A program made the position numbers and the translations under genes. Under the pieces are notes generated by a model, which saw only the letters and a program-made list of their open reading frames with translations, did no database searches and was not told the origin of the DNA. Shown here in pieces: positions 47,238 to 57,226 of a DNA stretch of 64,000 nucleotides; within the stretch, counting starts at the first letter, position 1; the number at the start of each line of letters is the position of its first letter. The stretch covers positions 6,282-70,281 of the forward strand of contig JBAYKT010000003.1 of assembly GCA_041664445.1 (NCBI GenBank), written 5' to 3'. Source of the stretch: Patescibacteria group bacterium (GTDB taxonomy: Bacteria > Patescibacteriota > Patescibacteriia > Patescibacteriales > UBA12465).

Positions 47238-49805
47238 TTAATAATCCAAAAATTTTTTAAAGATATAGCCTTTTAATTTTTGCGTAAAAATTAAATAAAC
47301 ACCGACAAGCAAGCCAATTGTTAACATTACCTTATAATTAGGCGCCACAAAACCAAAATATGAAGCAAACGGCGTAAATGGCAATACCCAGCCAATAGTC
47401 AAAATTACTAAAATTGAAATAAGCACATAACGGCTAGGGCGACTTTGCAAAAATGGGATTTTTTTTGTCCGAATAACAAAAATAACTAAAATTTGTGTAG
47501 CCAAAGATTCCAAGAACCAACCGGTTTGAAACTGGCTCTCATTAAGTTTAAACACAAAAAATAAAATAATAAAAGTCAGAATATCAAAAACGGAACTTAT
47601 CGGCCCTAAAAAGATCATCAAGTTTCTAATATTTTTAGTATTCCAATGATGAGGCTTGGCAATCATCTCCTGATCAACGTTATCGGTTGGAATCGTGGTC
47701 TGGGAAAAATCATACAAAAAATTGTTCAACAAAAGCTGGAGCGGCGTCATTGGTAAAAATGGCAGTAAGAAAGAAGCGGCGGCTACAGAAAACATATTAC
47801 CGAAGTTAGAGCTTAAGCCCATTAAAATATATTTCAAGGTATTAGCGAAAGTTTTGCGGCCACTATCAACCCCTAGAGATAAAACCGATAAATCATTAGT
47901 TAGCAAAATAAGATCGGCCGACTCCTTGGCTACATCAACCCCATTATTGACCGAGATGCCAACATCAGCCGCTTTCAAAGGCAAGGCGTCATTAATGCCA
48001 TCTCCTAAATAGCCAACAACGTCGCCGCCCGCCCTTAAAGCTTTAATAATTTTTTCTTTTTGCTGGGGTGAGGTGCGATAAAAAATTGAAACATCCTTAA
48101 CTTTAAGCGCTAATTCTTCCTGACTTAATTTTTCAACTTCCTCACCACTCAAAAAACCTTTAATCGGCAGTTCGACTTCTTGGCAAATTTTTCTAATTAC
48201 TAAATCATTATCGCCACTGATAATTTTAACCTCAACCCCTTGGCAATTTAAATCCTTAAGTGCTTTAGCAACCGCTTTTTTAGGTGGATCAAAAAAAGCA
48301 ATAAACCCGCTTAGCACCATATCATTTTCAAAATCGTTTGCACGTGCTAAAATATCTTTTTTCTCTTTACTTATTTCTTCTTTGCCCACCGAAATTTCTT
48401 TATAGGCGATTGCCAACACTCTAAACCCGTCGCGGCTCAAACTCTGATATTCATCAAGTGCCTGCTTCTTAGCAGCCGCAGAAAATTCTTTAACTTTTCC
48501 ATCTTGGCTGTATTTTTTACAAAGACTAAATACTGATTCCGGCGCTCCCTTGCTAATAATAAAAAACTTAGTGGCTGTTTTTTTTGGCTGTAAAACAACG
48601 GCGAGGCGTCGACGATTAAAATCAAAGGGGATTTCGCCTATCTTATTATAACTGTCAGTTGTCAAAGCAATTTTTATTTTTAAGACCGCCTCATCTAGAG
48701 GATTAACCAATCCGCTTTGAAAAAAACTATTTAAATAAGCCTGTTCTAAAACCGTTTCGCTTTCCTTCCCAAAAATATCGACATTCTTAACTAATTCTAT
48801 TTCATTCTCAGTGAGCGTTCCCGTTTTATCGGTACATAAAATATTCATCGCGCCAAAACTATGAATAGCATTTAAGCGTTTAACAATGACTCCGTGCTTG
48901 GACATGCTTAATGATCCCTTGGCAAGCGTAATGGAAACAATCATCGGTAGTAGCTCTGGAGTCAAACCGACAGCTAGGGCCAAAGAAAACAGCAGAGAGT
49001 TATACCAATCAAATCCATTAAACACGGTGTTAAGGAAAAAAATCAAAATTACCAAAATCAAAATGGTTTGGCTGACCATAATACTAAAACTCTTGATTCC
49101 TTTTTCGAATTCCGTCGGAGATTCAGTTAAAGAGAGGTTGGCGGCAATCTGACCAAAGTCAGTTTTGGCGCCAGTGCGCACAACCAGGGCCGTGCCATAA
49201 CCGCTAACAATATTAGTGCCAGCAAATAAAATATTTTCTTTATTTTTAGAAGCACTGGCTGTTTTAGCAACCGGGAAAGATTCTCCCGTTAACGAAGATT
49301 CGTTGGTAAATAAACTATGCTCTTCAATTAAGCGACAATCGGCCGGAATAATTGAGCCAACGTTTAAAGAAATAAAATCTCCTGGGACTAGTTCAGCAGA
49401 TTTTAAAAACTGTTTTTGCCCGTCACGCCAGACTTCAATTTTTACTACTACTTTTTCCTGCAATTTTGCCGCGGCTTTAGCGGATTTATATTCTTGAACA
49501 AAATCTAAAAGAATACTCAAAAAAATCATGATGTAAATTACTATCGCCGAACGCCGGTCATGAAATAGCAAAGACAGGGAGCCGGCAACTATCAGAATCA
49601 AAATCACTGGACTTAAAAATTTGTTCAATAAATTACGCAGAGCTTGATGTTTTTTTTCTAAAACTAATTGATTGGCGCCAAAACGCTCCCGTCTTAAATC
49701 TGCTTCCTTAGTACTCAGGCCTTTAGTGTTATTTCCTAAAGCCTGAAAAGCTTGCTTCGTGCCTAGAAGCGATATCTGATCTAATTCTGGCCAATCTTTT
49801 AACAT
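47238..49805 (-). CDS. mgtA: P-type ATPase, MgtA-type (Mg2+ importing) by overall similarity
   Basis: CTDKTGTLT phosphorylation site, GDGINDA hinge, TGES actuator motif. 855 aa with an MgtA-like N-terminus (GLSTKEADLRRERFGANQL). Confidence 0.7.
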   Translation of the reverse strand: MLKDWPELDQISLLGTKQAFQALGNNTKGLSTKEADLRRERFGANQLVLEKKHQALRNLLNKFLSPVILILIVAGSLSLLFHDRRSAIVIYIMIFLSILLDFVQEYKSAKAAAKLQEKVVVKIEVWRDGQKQFLKSAELVPGDFISLNVGSIIPADCRLIEEHSLFTNESSLTGESFPVAKTASASKNKENILFAGTNIVSGYGTALVVRTGAKTDFGQIAANLSLTESPTEFEKGIKSFSIMVSQTILILVILIFFLNTVFNGFDWYNSLLFSLALAVGLTPELLPMIVSITLAKGSLSMSKHGVIVKRLNAIHSFGAMNILCTDKTGTLTENEIELVKNVDIFGKESETVLEQAYLNSFFQSGLVNPLDEAVLKIKIALTTDSYNKIGEIPFDFNRRRLAVVLQPKKTATKFFIISKGAPESVFSLCKKYSQDGKVKEFSAAAKKQALDEYQSLSRDGFRVLAIAYKEISVGKEEISKEKKDILARANDFENDMVLSGFIAFFDPPKKAVAKALKDLNCQGVEVKIISGDNDLVIRKICQEVELPIKGFLSGEEVEKLSQEELALKVKDVSIFYRTSPQQKEKIIKALRAGGDVVGYLGDGINDALPLKAADVGISVNNGVDVAKESADLILLTNDLSVLSLGVDSGRKTFANTLKYILMGLSSNFGNMFSVAAASFLLPFLPMTPLQLLLNNFLYDFSQTTIPTDNVDQEMIAKPHHWNTKNIRNLMIFLGPISSVFDILTFIILFFVFKLNESQFQTGWFLESLATQILVIFVIRTKKIPFLQSRPSRYVLISILVILTIGWVLPFTPFASYFGFVAPNYKVMLTIGLLVGVYLIFTQKLKGYIFKKFLDY

Positions 49806-49826
49806 AATAATTTTATTTATTGTATG

Positions 49827-50696
49827 TTACTTTAATTGTACCGCATTGCTTCTATCAAGTTGAATCGGAAAATCATGACTCAGCAAATCTATATCCTCTG
49901 AACTGAGATTCCAGCCGACAGCTCCAAAATTTTCCTCCAAATGTTTTAAATTACTCGCTTTTACCAAAGTAATTACCCCAGGCTGGGAAATGAGCCAATT
50001 AATAGCAATCTGGGCTGGCGTTTTGCTGTATTTTTCACAAAGCTTATCTACTACAGCAATTCCTTTTTTAGCCAGACTCCCCTGTTGTATCGGCCGCCAA
50101 GCTTCGATAAAAATGTCTTGCTCGCGGCAATAATCAAGAACCCCTTTCAAAACCGGCTCTCGAAATATTAAATTATAATGGACCTGATTTAAAACAATTT
50201 TGTTTTTAGTTACCGCCTGAGCCGCCTTTAACCTTTCAACATTAAAATTACAAACACCAATATTTTTTATCAGCCCCTGCTCTTTCAAATAATCAAAAGC
50301 GCGCATCGTTTCTGCAATATCTATTTCCGGATTAGGAATGTGGACAAGATATAAATCTAGATAGTCCATACCTAGCCGCTTTAAACTTCCACGGCAAGCA
50401 GCGATAACGTCATCATACGCCAAATGTTCAGGAAGAACTTTGGAGGTGATAAATAATTTAGTCCGGTCATAGCTTTTTAAGGCTTTGCCCAAAATTTCTT
50501 CGCTATAACCAAGAGCATACATTTCGGCTGTATCAAAACGATAGCCGCCAAACTCAATAGTTTTTTGGATAGCGCTAATATCGGCCGTCTCATCATAATT
50601 AGCTTCACGTCCAAAACTGCCGCCCATATACCAAGTACCAAAACCCAGGACCGGCATTTCTAAACCATTATTTAATTTTTTTACCGGGATATTCAT
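49827..50696 (-). CDS. Aldo/keto reductase
   Basis: LGFGTW, DTAEMY, HIPNP, GVCNF, and the IPKA-equivalent C-terminus. 289 aa. Confidence 0.85.
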   Translation of the reverse strand: MNIPVKKLNNGLEMPVLGFGTWYMGGSFGREANYDETADISAIQKTIEFGGYRFDTAEMYALGYSEEILGKALKSYDRTKLFITSKVLPEHLAYDDVIAACRGSLKRLGMDYLDLYLVHIPNPEIDIAETMRAFDYLKEQGLIKNIGVCNFNVERLKAAQAVTKNKIVLNQVHYNLIFREPVLKGVLDYCREQDIFIEAWRPIQQGSLAKKGIAVVDKLCEKYSKTPAQIAINWLISQPGVITLVKASNLKHLEENFGAVGWNLSSEDIDLLSHDFPIQLDRSNAVQLK

Positions 50697-50700
50697 AAAA

Positions 50701-51141
50701 CTATTTAGATAATTTTTTAATTAATTCTAATATTTTATCCAATTTTTCACTTTCAATCCGCGCTAATGATTTTTGTAGTTCTTCAATTTCTTTCTTGGCT
50801 CTAAGATTCGTGCGATAATCTTCCTGTGCGTGATAGCGATCACGATCATTCTGACGATTTTGAGCCATCATAATAATCGGCGCGGCATAAGCGGCCTGGG
50901 TAGAAAATAGCAAATTAAGAAGCACAAACGGATAAACATCCCAATGGCTAGTAAAAGCCACCACGTTTAAAATCATCCAAACAATAACCACAATCGTCTG
51001 GACAATAATAAAGCGCCAAGAACCAATTAAGCTGGCAGTGCTGTCAGCCACACGCGCTCCTAAAGTTGAGGCCTTCTGATGTTTGTCATGCCAGGTAACT
51101 TTGTCCATTTCGTTTATTTGATTACTATTTTTATTAATCAT
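50701..51141 (-). CDS. DUF1003 membrane protein
   Basis: GSWRFIIVQT...WDVYPFVLLNLLFSTQAAYAAPIIMMAQNRQ..RDR is the DUF1003 core. Coiled-coil tail. Confidence 0.6.
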   Translation of the reverse strand: MINKNSNQINEMDKVTWHDKHQKASTLGARVADSTASLIGSWRFIIVQTIVVIVWMILNVVAFTSHWDVYPFVLLNLLFSTQAAYAAPIIMMAQNRQNDRDRYHAQEDYRTNLRAKKEIEELQKSLARIESEKLDKILELIKKLSK

Positions 51142-51276
51142 AAATTTGTTGTCATAAGCTATCCTTATTATATCTTTAATCTAATTATTTTTAAACAGTT
51201 ATTGACTAATGTAAAAAATAATAGTATTGTTTAAAATCAAATAATTTGGACATCGAACCTTAAAAAACAATCAGAC

Positions 51277-51780
51277 ATGAATTCAACCGAACAACATTTT
51301 GATGCTATTTTTTGTCAGTCCTTTGGACCGAGGAAAAATGAACCGGGTATGAGTAATTTTTATTTAGCTGCTTGTATATTAAGAGTATACAACTTTTACA
51401 AGAACGCTCATGACTGCCACGTCCCATTAATTATCCAAAAGGATTGTGCTGATGCCTTCACCGAAGACATTAAAATTGACAAAATTATCAGTCAACATCG
51501 CAACCCCAATACATACTTGGATAGTTATGAAGTTTCGCGTCAATGCGCGGAATTTTGCACCCAAAAAGGTTTCAAGACCGTTCTGGTTTTTGCCCACCCC
51601 GACCATATTTGGCGGGTAATGAAAACCTTGAAAAAACTTGGCCTAAACGCCGCTGCCGCCGATACGAGCGGAACACCTTATGACCCAAAGTCTATTCAGC
51701 CTTGGACTAGGAGCCGTCTACGATTCTTGATTAGAGAAAAAGCGGTTATTATCTGGTATTTTTTGAAAGGCAAAATTTAA
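51277..51780 (+). CDS. Hypothetical protein, possibly DUF218/YdcF-like
   Basis: YLDSYEV...KTVLVFAHPDHIWRVMKTLKKLGL resembles the DUF218 core (sTxxNa ... ilVTsxyHmxRa). Weak call. Confidence 0.35.
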   Translation: MNSTEQHFDAIFCQSFGPRKNEPGMSNFYLAACILRVYNFYKNAHDCHVPLIIQKDCADAFTEDIKIDKIISQHRNPNTYLDSYEVSRQCAEFCTQKGFKTVLVFAHPDHIWRVMKTLKKLGLNAAAADTSGTPYDPKSIQPWTRSRLRFLIREKAVIIWYFLKGKI

Positions 51781-51803
51781 ATGCCAATCACAAAAATATT
51801 TTC

Positions 51804-51830
51804 AGGACCCCTTAAAAGGTCCTTTTTTAT
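51804..51830 (+). terminator. Rho-independent terminator
   Basis: AGGACC-ccttaaaa-GGTCCT followed by TTTTT. Confidence 0.7.
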
Positions 51831-51865
51831 TTTTCAAAACCGCCCAGCTATAAACACCTGTAAAA

Positions 51866-52972
51866 CTAGGCTTTAAGTTTAGATAGTAATTGGCGCATTC
51901 CCCAACCTAAAGCCAAGAAAAGTCCTAAATATAAAATTGTCGCCAGCCAAGCTGGAGTGAAGCGATAAAAAATATCAAAGCGCGCCATGATGGGCCAATG
52001 AAATAAATAAATTTCGTAAGAAAAGAAACCAAACCAATAAAGCAGTTTAATTTCAAATTTTTTCATTAAAAATAAAATAACAATGGCGGCAGCGGTTACT
52101 AAACTAGTAACCTCTTCCAACCAGTGTGCCTTGCCAATATTAGAGTAATAAGAGGTATAAACAAAAACCCCTAATAAAATAAGCGCGACTAAGTAATAAA
52201 TAATCCGGGCGGCTAATTTGTTGGCTACAAATTTTTCTTGTATTTTTTTGAAACTGGCTTGCGCGCGACTGCCTGGATATTTAGAGACTAGACCGGCAGC
52301 TAATACCCCGAGCGGGAAAGCAAATAAGTGAATCCGATATAAATGAATCACGTAATCTAAAATAGACGGTTCGGCGCGCACAATTAAATACCCGCCCAAA
52401 TAAAGTAAGATGGCGGAAAAACAAGGATATTTTTTAAAAAATACCAAGGGGAATAATAAATAATAAAAAATAATCAGGGTAAAGTACCAAAGAGGAGAGT
52501 TTAAATCCGTCCATAAATCGGCGTGCGGGAAAAACCCGATAATTGACTGAAGCATATAACCCAGCCCATAAGTTTTATGGCCGATTAAAAAATCCAAAGC
52601 AAATAAAACAATCACCACCAACCAAAAGGGGGTATAAATTTTTAACAAACGGTGACGATAAAATTGCCAAACCGACAAAGGCTTGGAAATAGAGCTCGTG
52701 GCAATTCCATAGCCCGATAAAAATAAGAATAAATTAACCCCCAGACCGGCCGCAATTGTTAAGGGAAATAAAAAACGATGATCGGAAACTAAAAAATAAC
52801 CGATGTGAGAAAGGACGATTGCCAAAATCGCGAAACCTTTTAGTTCTTGAGTTAGGGCCACGGATAAACCGGCAAAACTTTTCTGACGGCGGATTGATAA
52901 TAGCAATAAAACTATAAAAATCGCCGAAAAAATCTGAGTGGCTAAAACGGCATTATTTATCGAGATGATCAT
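51866..52972 (-). CDS. Acyltransferase family 3 (AT3/OafA-like) membrane protein
   Basis: About 10 TM. LKGFAILAIVLSHIGYF is the AT3 N-terminal His motif. 368 aa. Confidence 0.7.
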   Translation of the reverse strand: MIISINNAVLATQIFSAIFIVLLLLSIRRQKSFAGLSVALTQELKGFAILAIVLSHIGYFLVSDHRFLFPLTIAAGLGVNLFLFLSGYGIATSSISKPLSVWQFYRHRLLKIYTPFWLVVIVLFALDFLIGHKTYGLGYMLQSIIGFFPHADLWTDLNSPLWYFTLIIFYYLLFPLVFFKKYPCFSAILLYLGGYLIVRAEPSILDYVIHLYRIHLFAFPLGVLAAGLVSKYPGSRAQASFKKIQEKFVANKLAARIIYYLVALILLGVFVYTSYYSNIGKAHWLEEVTSLVTAAAIVILFLMKKFEIKLLYWFGFFSYEIYLFHWPIMARFDIFYRFTPAWLATILYLGLFLALGWGMRQLLSKLKA

Positions 52973-53711
52973 AAATTATTTGGGACCAATACTGATAGCC
53001 CAGGTCGGCCGGATGGAAACCGTCAACCGCATAATAGCCGGGCGTAAGCGAATATTGTCGCGTAGAGTTTGTTAAATCAATATAATTAACTTGATATTTA
53101 TCGGCTAGCTCCCGAATAATATTATTAAAAATAAGGCTTTTTGAATAATAGTAGGCGCGATAACCGGGCCACAAAGAATATTTAGAGCCGATTAGCGGCA
53201 GGCTGATAACATTAATTTTGGCATCAGTTTTGGAGCTTAACTGTTGCAAGATGTCTTCGTAATTACGCCTAAACTTTTGACGATTATCATTATTATGAAC
53301 ATCGTTAACGCCGATTAACAGAGTAATGATGTCGGGTTGGCTAGCAACGGTTTCCGGCAACATATCTCTAACCAAATCATAAGTTTTATAACCCGGGTAA
53401 GAAAAGTTTAAATGAGTAACCCTAGTATCCTGACCGGCAATTTTCTGCGCGAGCAGATAAGGATAGGATTGCTCGTAATCAGCCACGCCAACGCCAGCAG
53501 TTAGGCTGTCTCCCAGAGCGGCATAAACAATTCCAGAGGAAGTCGCCACCGATTCATTAAAAATATATTTATGTTTTAATTCAACATTCTGCAATCTAGA
53601 TATTTCTATTTGGTGATAAAAAAACCAATTAGCCGTAAAGAAATAAATAGCTAATAAACTAAGCGGCCCGAGAATAATTAAGATAATTTTCTCTAAGCTT
53701 TTCTTCTTCAT
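52953..53711 (-). CDS. SGNH/GDSL hydrolase (membrane-anchored)
   Basis: N-terminal TM. Block I ALGDSLTAG, block III GVNDV, block V DGFHP. Start set at MKKKSLEK (53711). Overlaps the AT3 start by 20 nt. Confidence 0.8.
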   Translation of the reverse strand: MKKKSLEKIILIILGPLSLLAIYFFTANWFFYHQIEISRLQNVELKHKYIFNESVATSSGIVYAALGDSLTAGVGVADYEQSYPYLLAQKIAGQDTRVTHLNFSYPGYKTYDLVRDMLPETVASQPDIITLLIGVNDVHNNDNRQKFRRNYEDILQQLSSKTDAKINVISLPLIGSKYSLWPGYRAYYYSKSLIFNNIIRELADKYQVNYIDLTNSTRQYSLTPGYYAVDGFHPADLGYQYWSQIIYDHLDK

Positions 53712-53721
53712 ATTAATAAGT

Positions 53722-54528
53722 TTAAGCAATTTTCTTATAAACAAATGCCAGACCAAAGAATACTACATTAATCATAACAATTGTAGCTCCGGTAGGCAAA
53801 TCCAGAAAAAATGAAAAGCTGATACCCAGGATTACTGACAGCAAAGAAGCAACGGCGCCAATCGTCATCGCCGTTTTAAAGCCGCGCGATAATTGCAAGG
53901 CGGTAACGGCCGGTAATATCAGTAAAGCGGAAACCAGCATTACCCCCACCATTCTAATTGACAGTACAACCGTCACCGCCGTTAAAACAGTTAATAAATT
54001 ATTAATAAAAGCGGTTTTAATGCCGGTCGTCTTAGCATATTCTTCGTCAAAAGTAGCGGAAAATAAATCCCAATAAAAAAAATAAACAGCTGCCATGACA
54101 ATGATTGATAACAACGCCGATAAAATGACTTCGATATTGCTAATCGCCAAGATATTACCAAAAAGATAACTAAAGAGGTCAACATTAAAACCATGAGACA
54201 GGCCGGCTAAGATTATCCCGCTGGAAATTCCAATCGCTGAGACGACTCCAATCGCCGCATCACCATAAACTTGGGCTTTTTCGCTTATTTTTAAAATTAG
54301 GATGGAGGCTAAAATTACTAACGGAATCGCAATATAAAAAGGGTAAATCCCAAAGAACAGACCCAAGGCAATCGCCCCGAAACTAACATGGGATAAGCCG
54401 TCGCCGATTAAAGACATTTTTCTTAGAACCAAAAACAAGCCCAACGCGGAACAAATAACCGCCACAAAAACCCCGGCCACAAAAGCGCGTTGAATAAAAG
54501 AATATTGTAAAAAATTAATTATTTCCAT
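53722..54528 (-). CDS. znuB: Zinc/manganese ABC transporter permease (ABC-3 family)
   Basis: FIQRAFVAG...LRKMSLIGDGLSHVSFGAIALG. 268 aa, polytopic. Confidence 0.85.
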   Translation of the reverse strand: MEIINFLQYSFIQRAFVAGVFVAVICSALGLFLVLRKMSLIGDGLSHVSFGAIALGLFFGIYPFYIAIPLVILASILILKISEKAQVYGDAAIGVVSAIGISSGIILAGLSHGFNVDLFSYLFGNILAISNIEVILSALLSIIVMAAVYFFYWDLFSATFDEEYAKTTGIKTAFINNLLTVLTAVTVVLSIRMVGVMLVSALLILPAVTALQLSRGFKTAMTIGAVASLLSVILGISFSFFLDLPTGATIVMINVVFFGLAFVYKKIA

Positions 54529-54529
54529 A

Positions 54530-55282
54530 TTAATCGTGTTGATGACAAATTATATGCTGCTCGTGCTCGCCAAAATAAGATTTCATTTTATGGTCGGCGC
54601 AAAATTCAGAAAATTTTCCAAAATAAATCAATTCCCGATCAATATATAAAAGCTTATTGGCATACTTGCCGATATAACCAGTATCGTGAGTAATCAAAAT
54701 TATAGTAATTCCTTTTTCCTGATTCAAAGTTTGCAACAATTTAAAAAAGGCATCGCGAGAATTTGGATCCAGCGCGGTTGACGGTTCATCAAAAATTAAA
54801 ACTTCCGGCTCGGAGATTAAGGCGCGCCCTAAAAGAACTTTTTGTTGTTGTCCGCCGGAAAGCTCCGACAGCATTTTTTTGGCTTGTTCGGTAATTCCCA
54901 ACTCCGCCATCAACGCCTTAGTCTTTTTACGGTCAGCCGCTGTAATTCTTTTGGGAAATTTTTTAGTAGATAATAATCCCAAAGTGATAACCTCTTCAAC
55001 AGTTGCTGGGAAAAGAACATTAATTGTCGAAAACTTTTGCGGCAAATAGCCAATTTTCTGCCAATCATTAAAGCGTTCTTCGCTCTCCCCAAATAATTCT
55101 ATTTTTCCAGTAGTCAGCGGCAAAAGACCTAAAAGCGCCTTAACCAGCGTTGTTTTACCGGCACCGTTAGAACCGGCCAAACCGACGAAATCTCCCTTTT
55201 CAATATCAAAAGAAATGTTTTTTAAAGCCTCACTTGACCCATAATTTACGGAAATATTTTTTGCTTCAATAATTGCTGGCAT
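54530..55282 (-). CDS. znuC: Zinc/manganese ABC transporter ATPase
   Basis: Walker A GSNGAGKTT, signature LSGGQQQK, Walker B LIFDEP. Confidence 0.85.
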   Translation of the reverse strand: MPAIIEAKNISVNYGSSEALKNISFDIEKGDFVGLAGSNGAGKTTLVKALLGLLPLTTGKIELFGESEERFNDWQKIGYLPQKFSTINVLFPATVEEVITLGLLSTKKFPKRITAADRKKTKALMAELGITEQAKKMLSELSGGQQQKVLLGRALISEPEVLIFDEPSTALDPNSRDAFFKLLQTLNQEKGITIILITHDTGYIGKYANKLLYIDRELIYFGKFSEFCADHKMKSYFGEHEQHIICHQHD

Positions 55283-55288
55283 AAAAAA

Positions 55289-56221
55289 TTAATTACACTG
55301 CAAACCAATTTTTAAATTATTTAGATTCTCTTCCATAACTTGAGAGAAAGTTTTGCCGGCTGCTAAATTTTCCCGGCTAAGATTATGAGCGGCATTTAAC
55401 AGTAACATTTGAGCGCCTGTCTCTTGAGCAATAGTCTCGGCCACTTTAGGCGAACTAAGCTCTTCATAAAAAATGTATTTAATATTATTATTTTTTATTT
55501 GATTAACCAGATTTATTAAATCCTGGGCAGTTGGTTCAGCGTCCGGAGAAACCCCTTGCGCCGCCGAATATTCTAAATTATAACGGCGCGCTAAATAACC
55601 AAAAGCATAGTGCCCGCCATAAATAATTTCCCGAGAGGCGCAGTTAGTTAGCGTGGTTTGATATTTTGAATCCAGCATTTTTAAAGTCTCTTGATAAGCC
55701 GTGGCCCGGGTTTCATAATAAGCGGCATTCTTCGGATCCTGGGCGCTAAAAGCGGCGGCAATAGCTTGAACAATCTGCTGATCATTAACAAAATCTAGCC
55801 AAATGTGAGGGTCATTAGCGCCTGCCGGTTCATCTTCATCATGAAAAACTCCAGGGATTAAAGTGATGCCCATGCTAGCATCCACCGCTCTCAAATTTTG
55901 GTTATCTGCCCCCTGGATAATATCTTCCGCCCAAGGTTCCATAAAACTGCCAGTATAAATAAAGATGCTGGCGCTATTTATTCTAGCAATATCACTCGGC
56001 TTTGGTTCAAAGCTATGAGCTTCCACCCCCGGAGGCAAGAGCAAAGAAACCTCGGCACGGTCACCGCCAATCGCCTTAGCAAAATCGTACAAAGGGAAAA
56101 TAGTCGTGACCACCGTCAATTTCTCCGAGCTAACTTGAGGTGAGCGTTTATAACTAGTAGCTAAATATAAAGCCCCGACGATAATCAATAATATACCGAT
56201 AACAAATATAATTTTTTTCAT
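55289..56221 (-). CDS. znuA: Metal ABC transporter substrate-binding protein (ZnuA/TroA family)
   Basis: VVTTIFPLYDFAKAIGGDRAEV, EAHSFEPKPSD, DPHIWLD, an acidic loop (HDEDEPAG). TM-anchored. Confidence 0.85.
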   Translation of the reverse strand: MKKIIFVIGILLIIVGALYLATSYKRSPQVSSEKLTVVTTIFPLYDFAKAIGGDRAEVSLLLPPGVEAHSFEPKPSDIARINSASIFIYTGSFMEPWAEDIIQGADNQNLRAVDASMGITLIPGVFHDEDEPAGANDPHIWLDFVNDQQIVQAIAAAFSAQDPKNAAYYETRATAYQETLKMLDSKYQTTLTNCASREIIYGGHYAFGYLARRYNLEYSAAQGVSPDAEPTAQDLINLVNQIKNNNIKYIFYEELSSPKVAETIAQETGAQMLLLNAAHNLSRENLAAGKTFSQVMEENLNNLKIGLQCN

Positions 56222-56227
56222 ACATTT

Positions 56228-56650
56228 TTAGGCTTGGCATTTTCGGCAATAACCGTAAAATTCCAAGGAATGGTTGATTATTTTAAATCTATTTTGCCTA
56301 GCAATCTTTCTTTCTTGAGCTGCTAGCTGATCCTCGATTTCTATCTTACTGATGGCGTGGCACTTCAGACAGACTAAATGATGATGGTGATGCTGTTCGC
56401 ATGGAATTTCATAATAATCAACTCCGGAAATATTATTTTTTAAAATTATTTGCTTGTTGGTCAAAAATAATAGCTCCCTAAAAATCGTGGAACGATTAGG
56501 AGTTAAATTTAATTTGTTTAGCCGCGACAATAGCTTAGCCGAGGAAAGCAAACAATCTTCCGCCACCAGAATTTGAACAATCTCCTTGCGCAATCTGGTT
56601 AAACGCCCGCCCTGATTACGGATATTTTGAAAAATAGTGTCTTTATTCAT
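56228..56650 (-). CDS. zur: Fur-family regulator, Zur-like
   Basis: wHTH N-terminus, HHHHHLVCLKCH and YGYCRKCQ (two CxxC pairs). First gene of the znu operon. Confidence 0.75.
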   Translation of the reverse strand: MNKDTIFQNIRNQGGRLTRLRKEIVQILVAEDCLLSSAKLLSRLNKLNLTPNRSTIFRELLFLTNKQIILKNNISGVDYYEIPCEQHHHHHLVCLKCHAISKIEIEDQLAAQERKIARQNRFKIINHSLEFYGYCRKCQA

Positions 56651-56653
56651 AAT

Positions 56654-56700
56654 TGCAACATTGTTGCATTAATCATATACCTCTGAAATAATAAAGTCAA
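56654..56700 (-). promoter_or_regulatory. Promoter with palindromic Zur-box candidate
   Basis: Minus strand TTGACT (56695-56700)-N17-TATGAT (56672-56677). Perfect 7-1-7 palindrome TGCAACA-T-TGTTGCA at 56654-56668, between the -10 and the zur ATG. Confidence 0.55.
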
Positions 56701-56702
56701 CT

Positions 56703-56724
56703 AAAAAAGAGCTCAAATAAGCTC
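56703..56724 (-). terminator. Rho-independent terminator after marR
   Basis: GAGCT-tatttg-AGCTC followed by TTTTTT on the minus strand. Confidence 0.55.
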
Positions 56725-56770
56725 CCTCCCGCCACGCTTAGCTTTTAAACCCAATACTTCCGCCGTTTAA

Positions 56771-57208
56771 TTAATGATTAGTACTGCTCACTTTTTCCAA
56801 AAGTTTAATTAGCTGTTGTAATTCGCTATCACTCAAAATAGAAAATGATTCACTAATTGATTCCAAGTATTTATTTTTAAAACTGCCAAAATCATTTTTA
56901 ACATTAGGCATTAATTTAATATTTACTTGGCGGCGATCGATTAAATCCGCCTTTCTTTCAACTAGCTTCTTATCCACTAAACCATCAGTAAATTGAGTTA
57001 CCGCCCCGGAAGTAACATTGAGAAACTTAGCAATTTCCTTGACTGAAGCCTGTCCCTGCTTTTCGTTAAGAAAAAATAAAATCATCATTTCTTGGCGGCG
57101 AAGAGCTAAACCATCAAAAGAAAAACAATGGTCTTTATGAGTAGACTGAAAAACTTCAGTTAGTTTCTGAATTAAAGCTTGTAATAATTTTTGTCGCTCA
57201 TCTTTCAT
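56771..57208 (-). CDS. MarR-family transcriptional regulator
   Basis: 145 aa. wHTH core SVKEIAKFLNVTSGAVTQFTDGLVDKKLVERKADLIDRRQVNIKL. Confidence 0.75.
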   Translation of the reverse strand: MKDERQKLLQALIQKLTEVFQSTHKDHCFSFDGLALRRQEMMILFFLNEKQGQASVKEIAKFLNVTSGAVTQFTDGLVDKKLVERKADLIDRRQVNIKLMPNVKNDFGSFKNKYLESISESFSILSDSELQQLIKLLEKVSSTNH

Positions 57209-57226
57209 ATGCTTCTTATCATCCGA

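Noticed and set aside
49806-51276. M-box (Mg2+) riboswitch upstream of mgtA
   Set aside because: mgtA starts 21 nt after the AKR stop. The only sizeable upstream spacer (51142-51276) is A/T-rich with no extended conserved helices. Nothing resembles the roughly 160-nt M-box.
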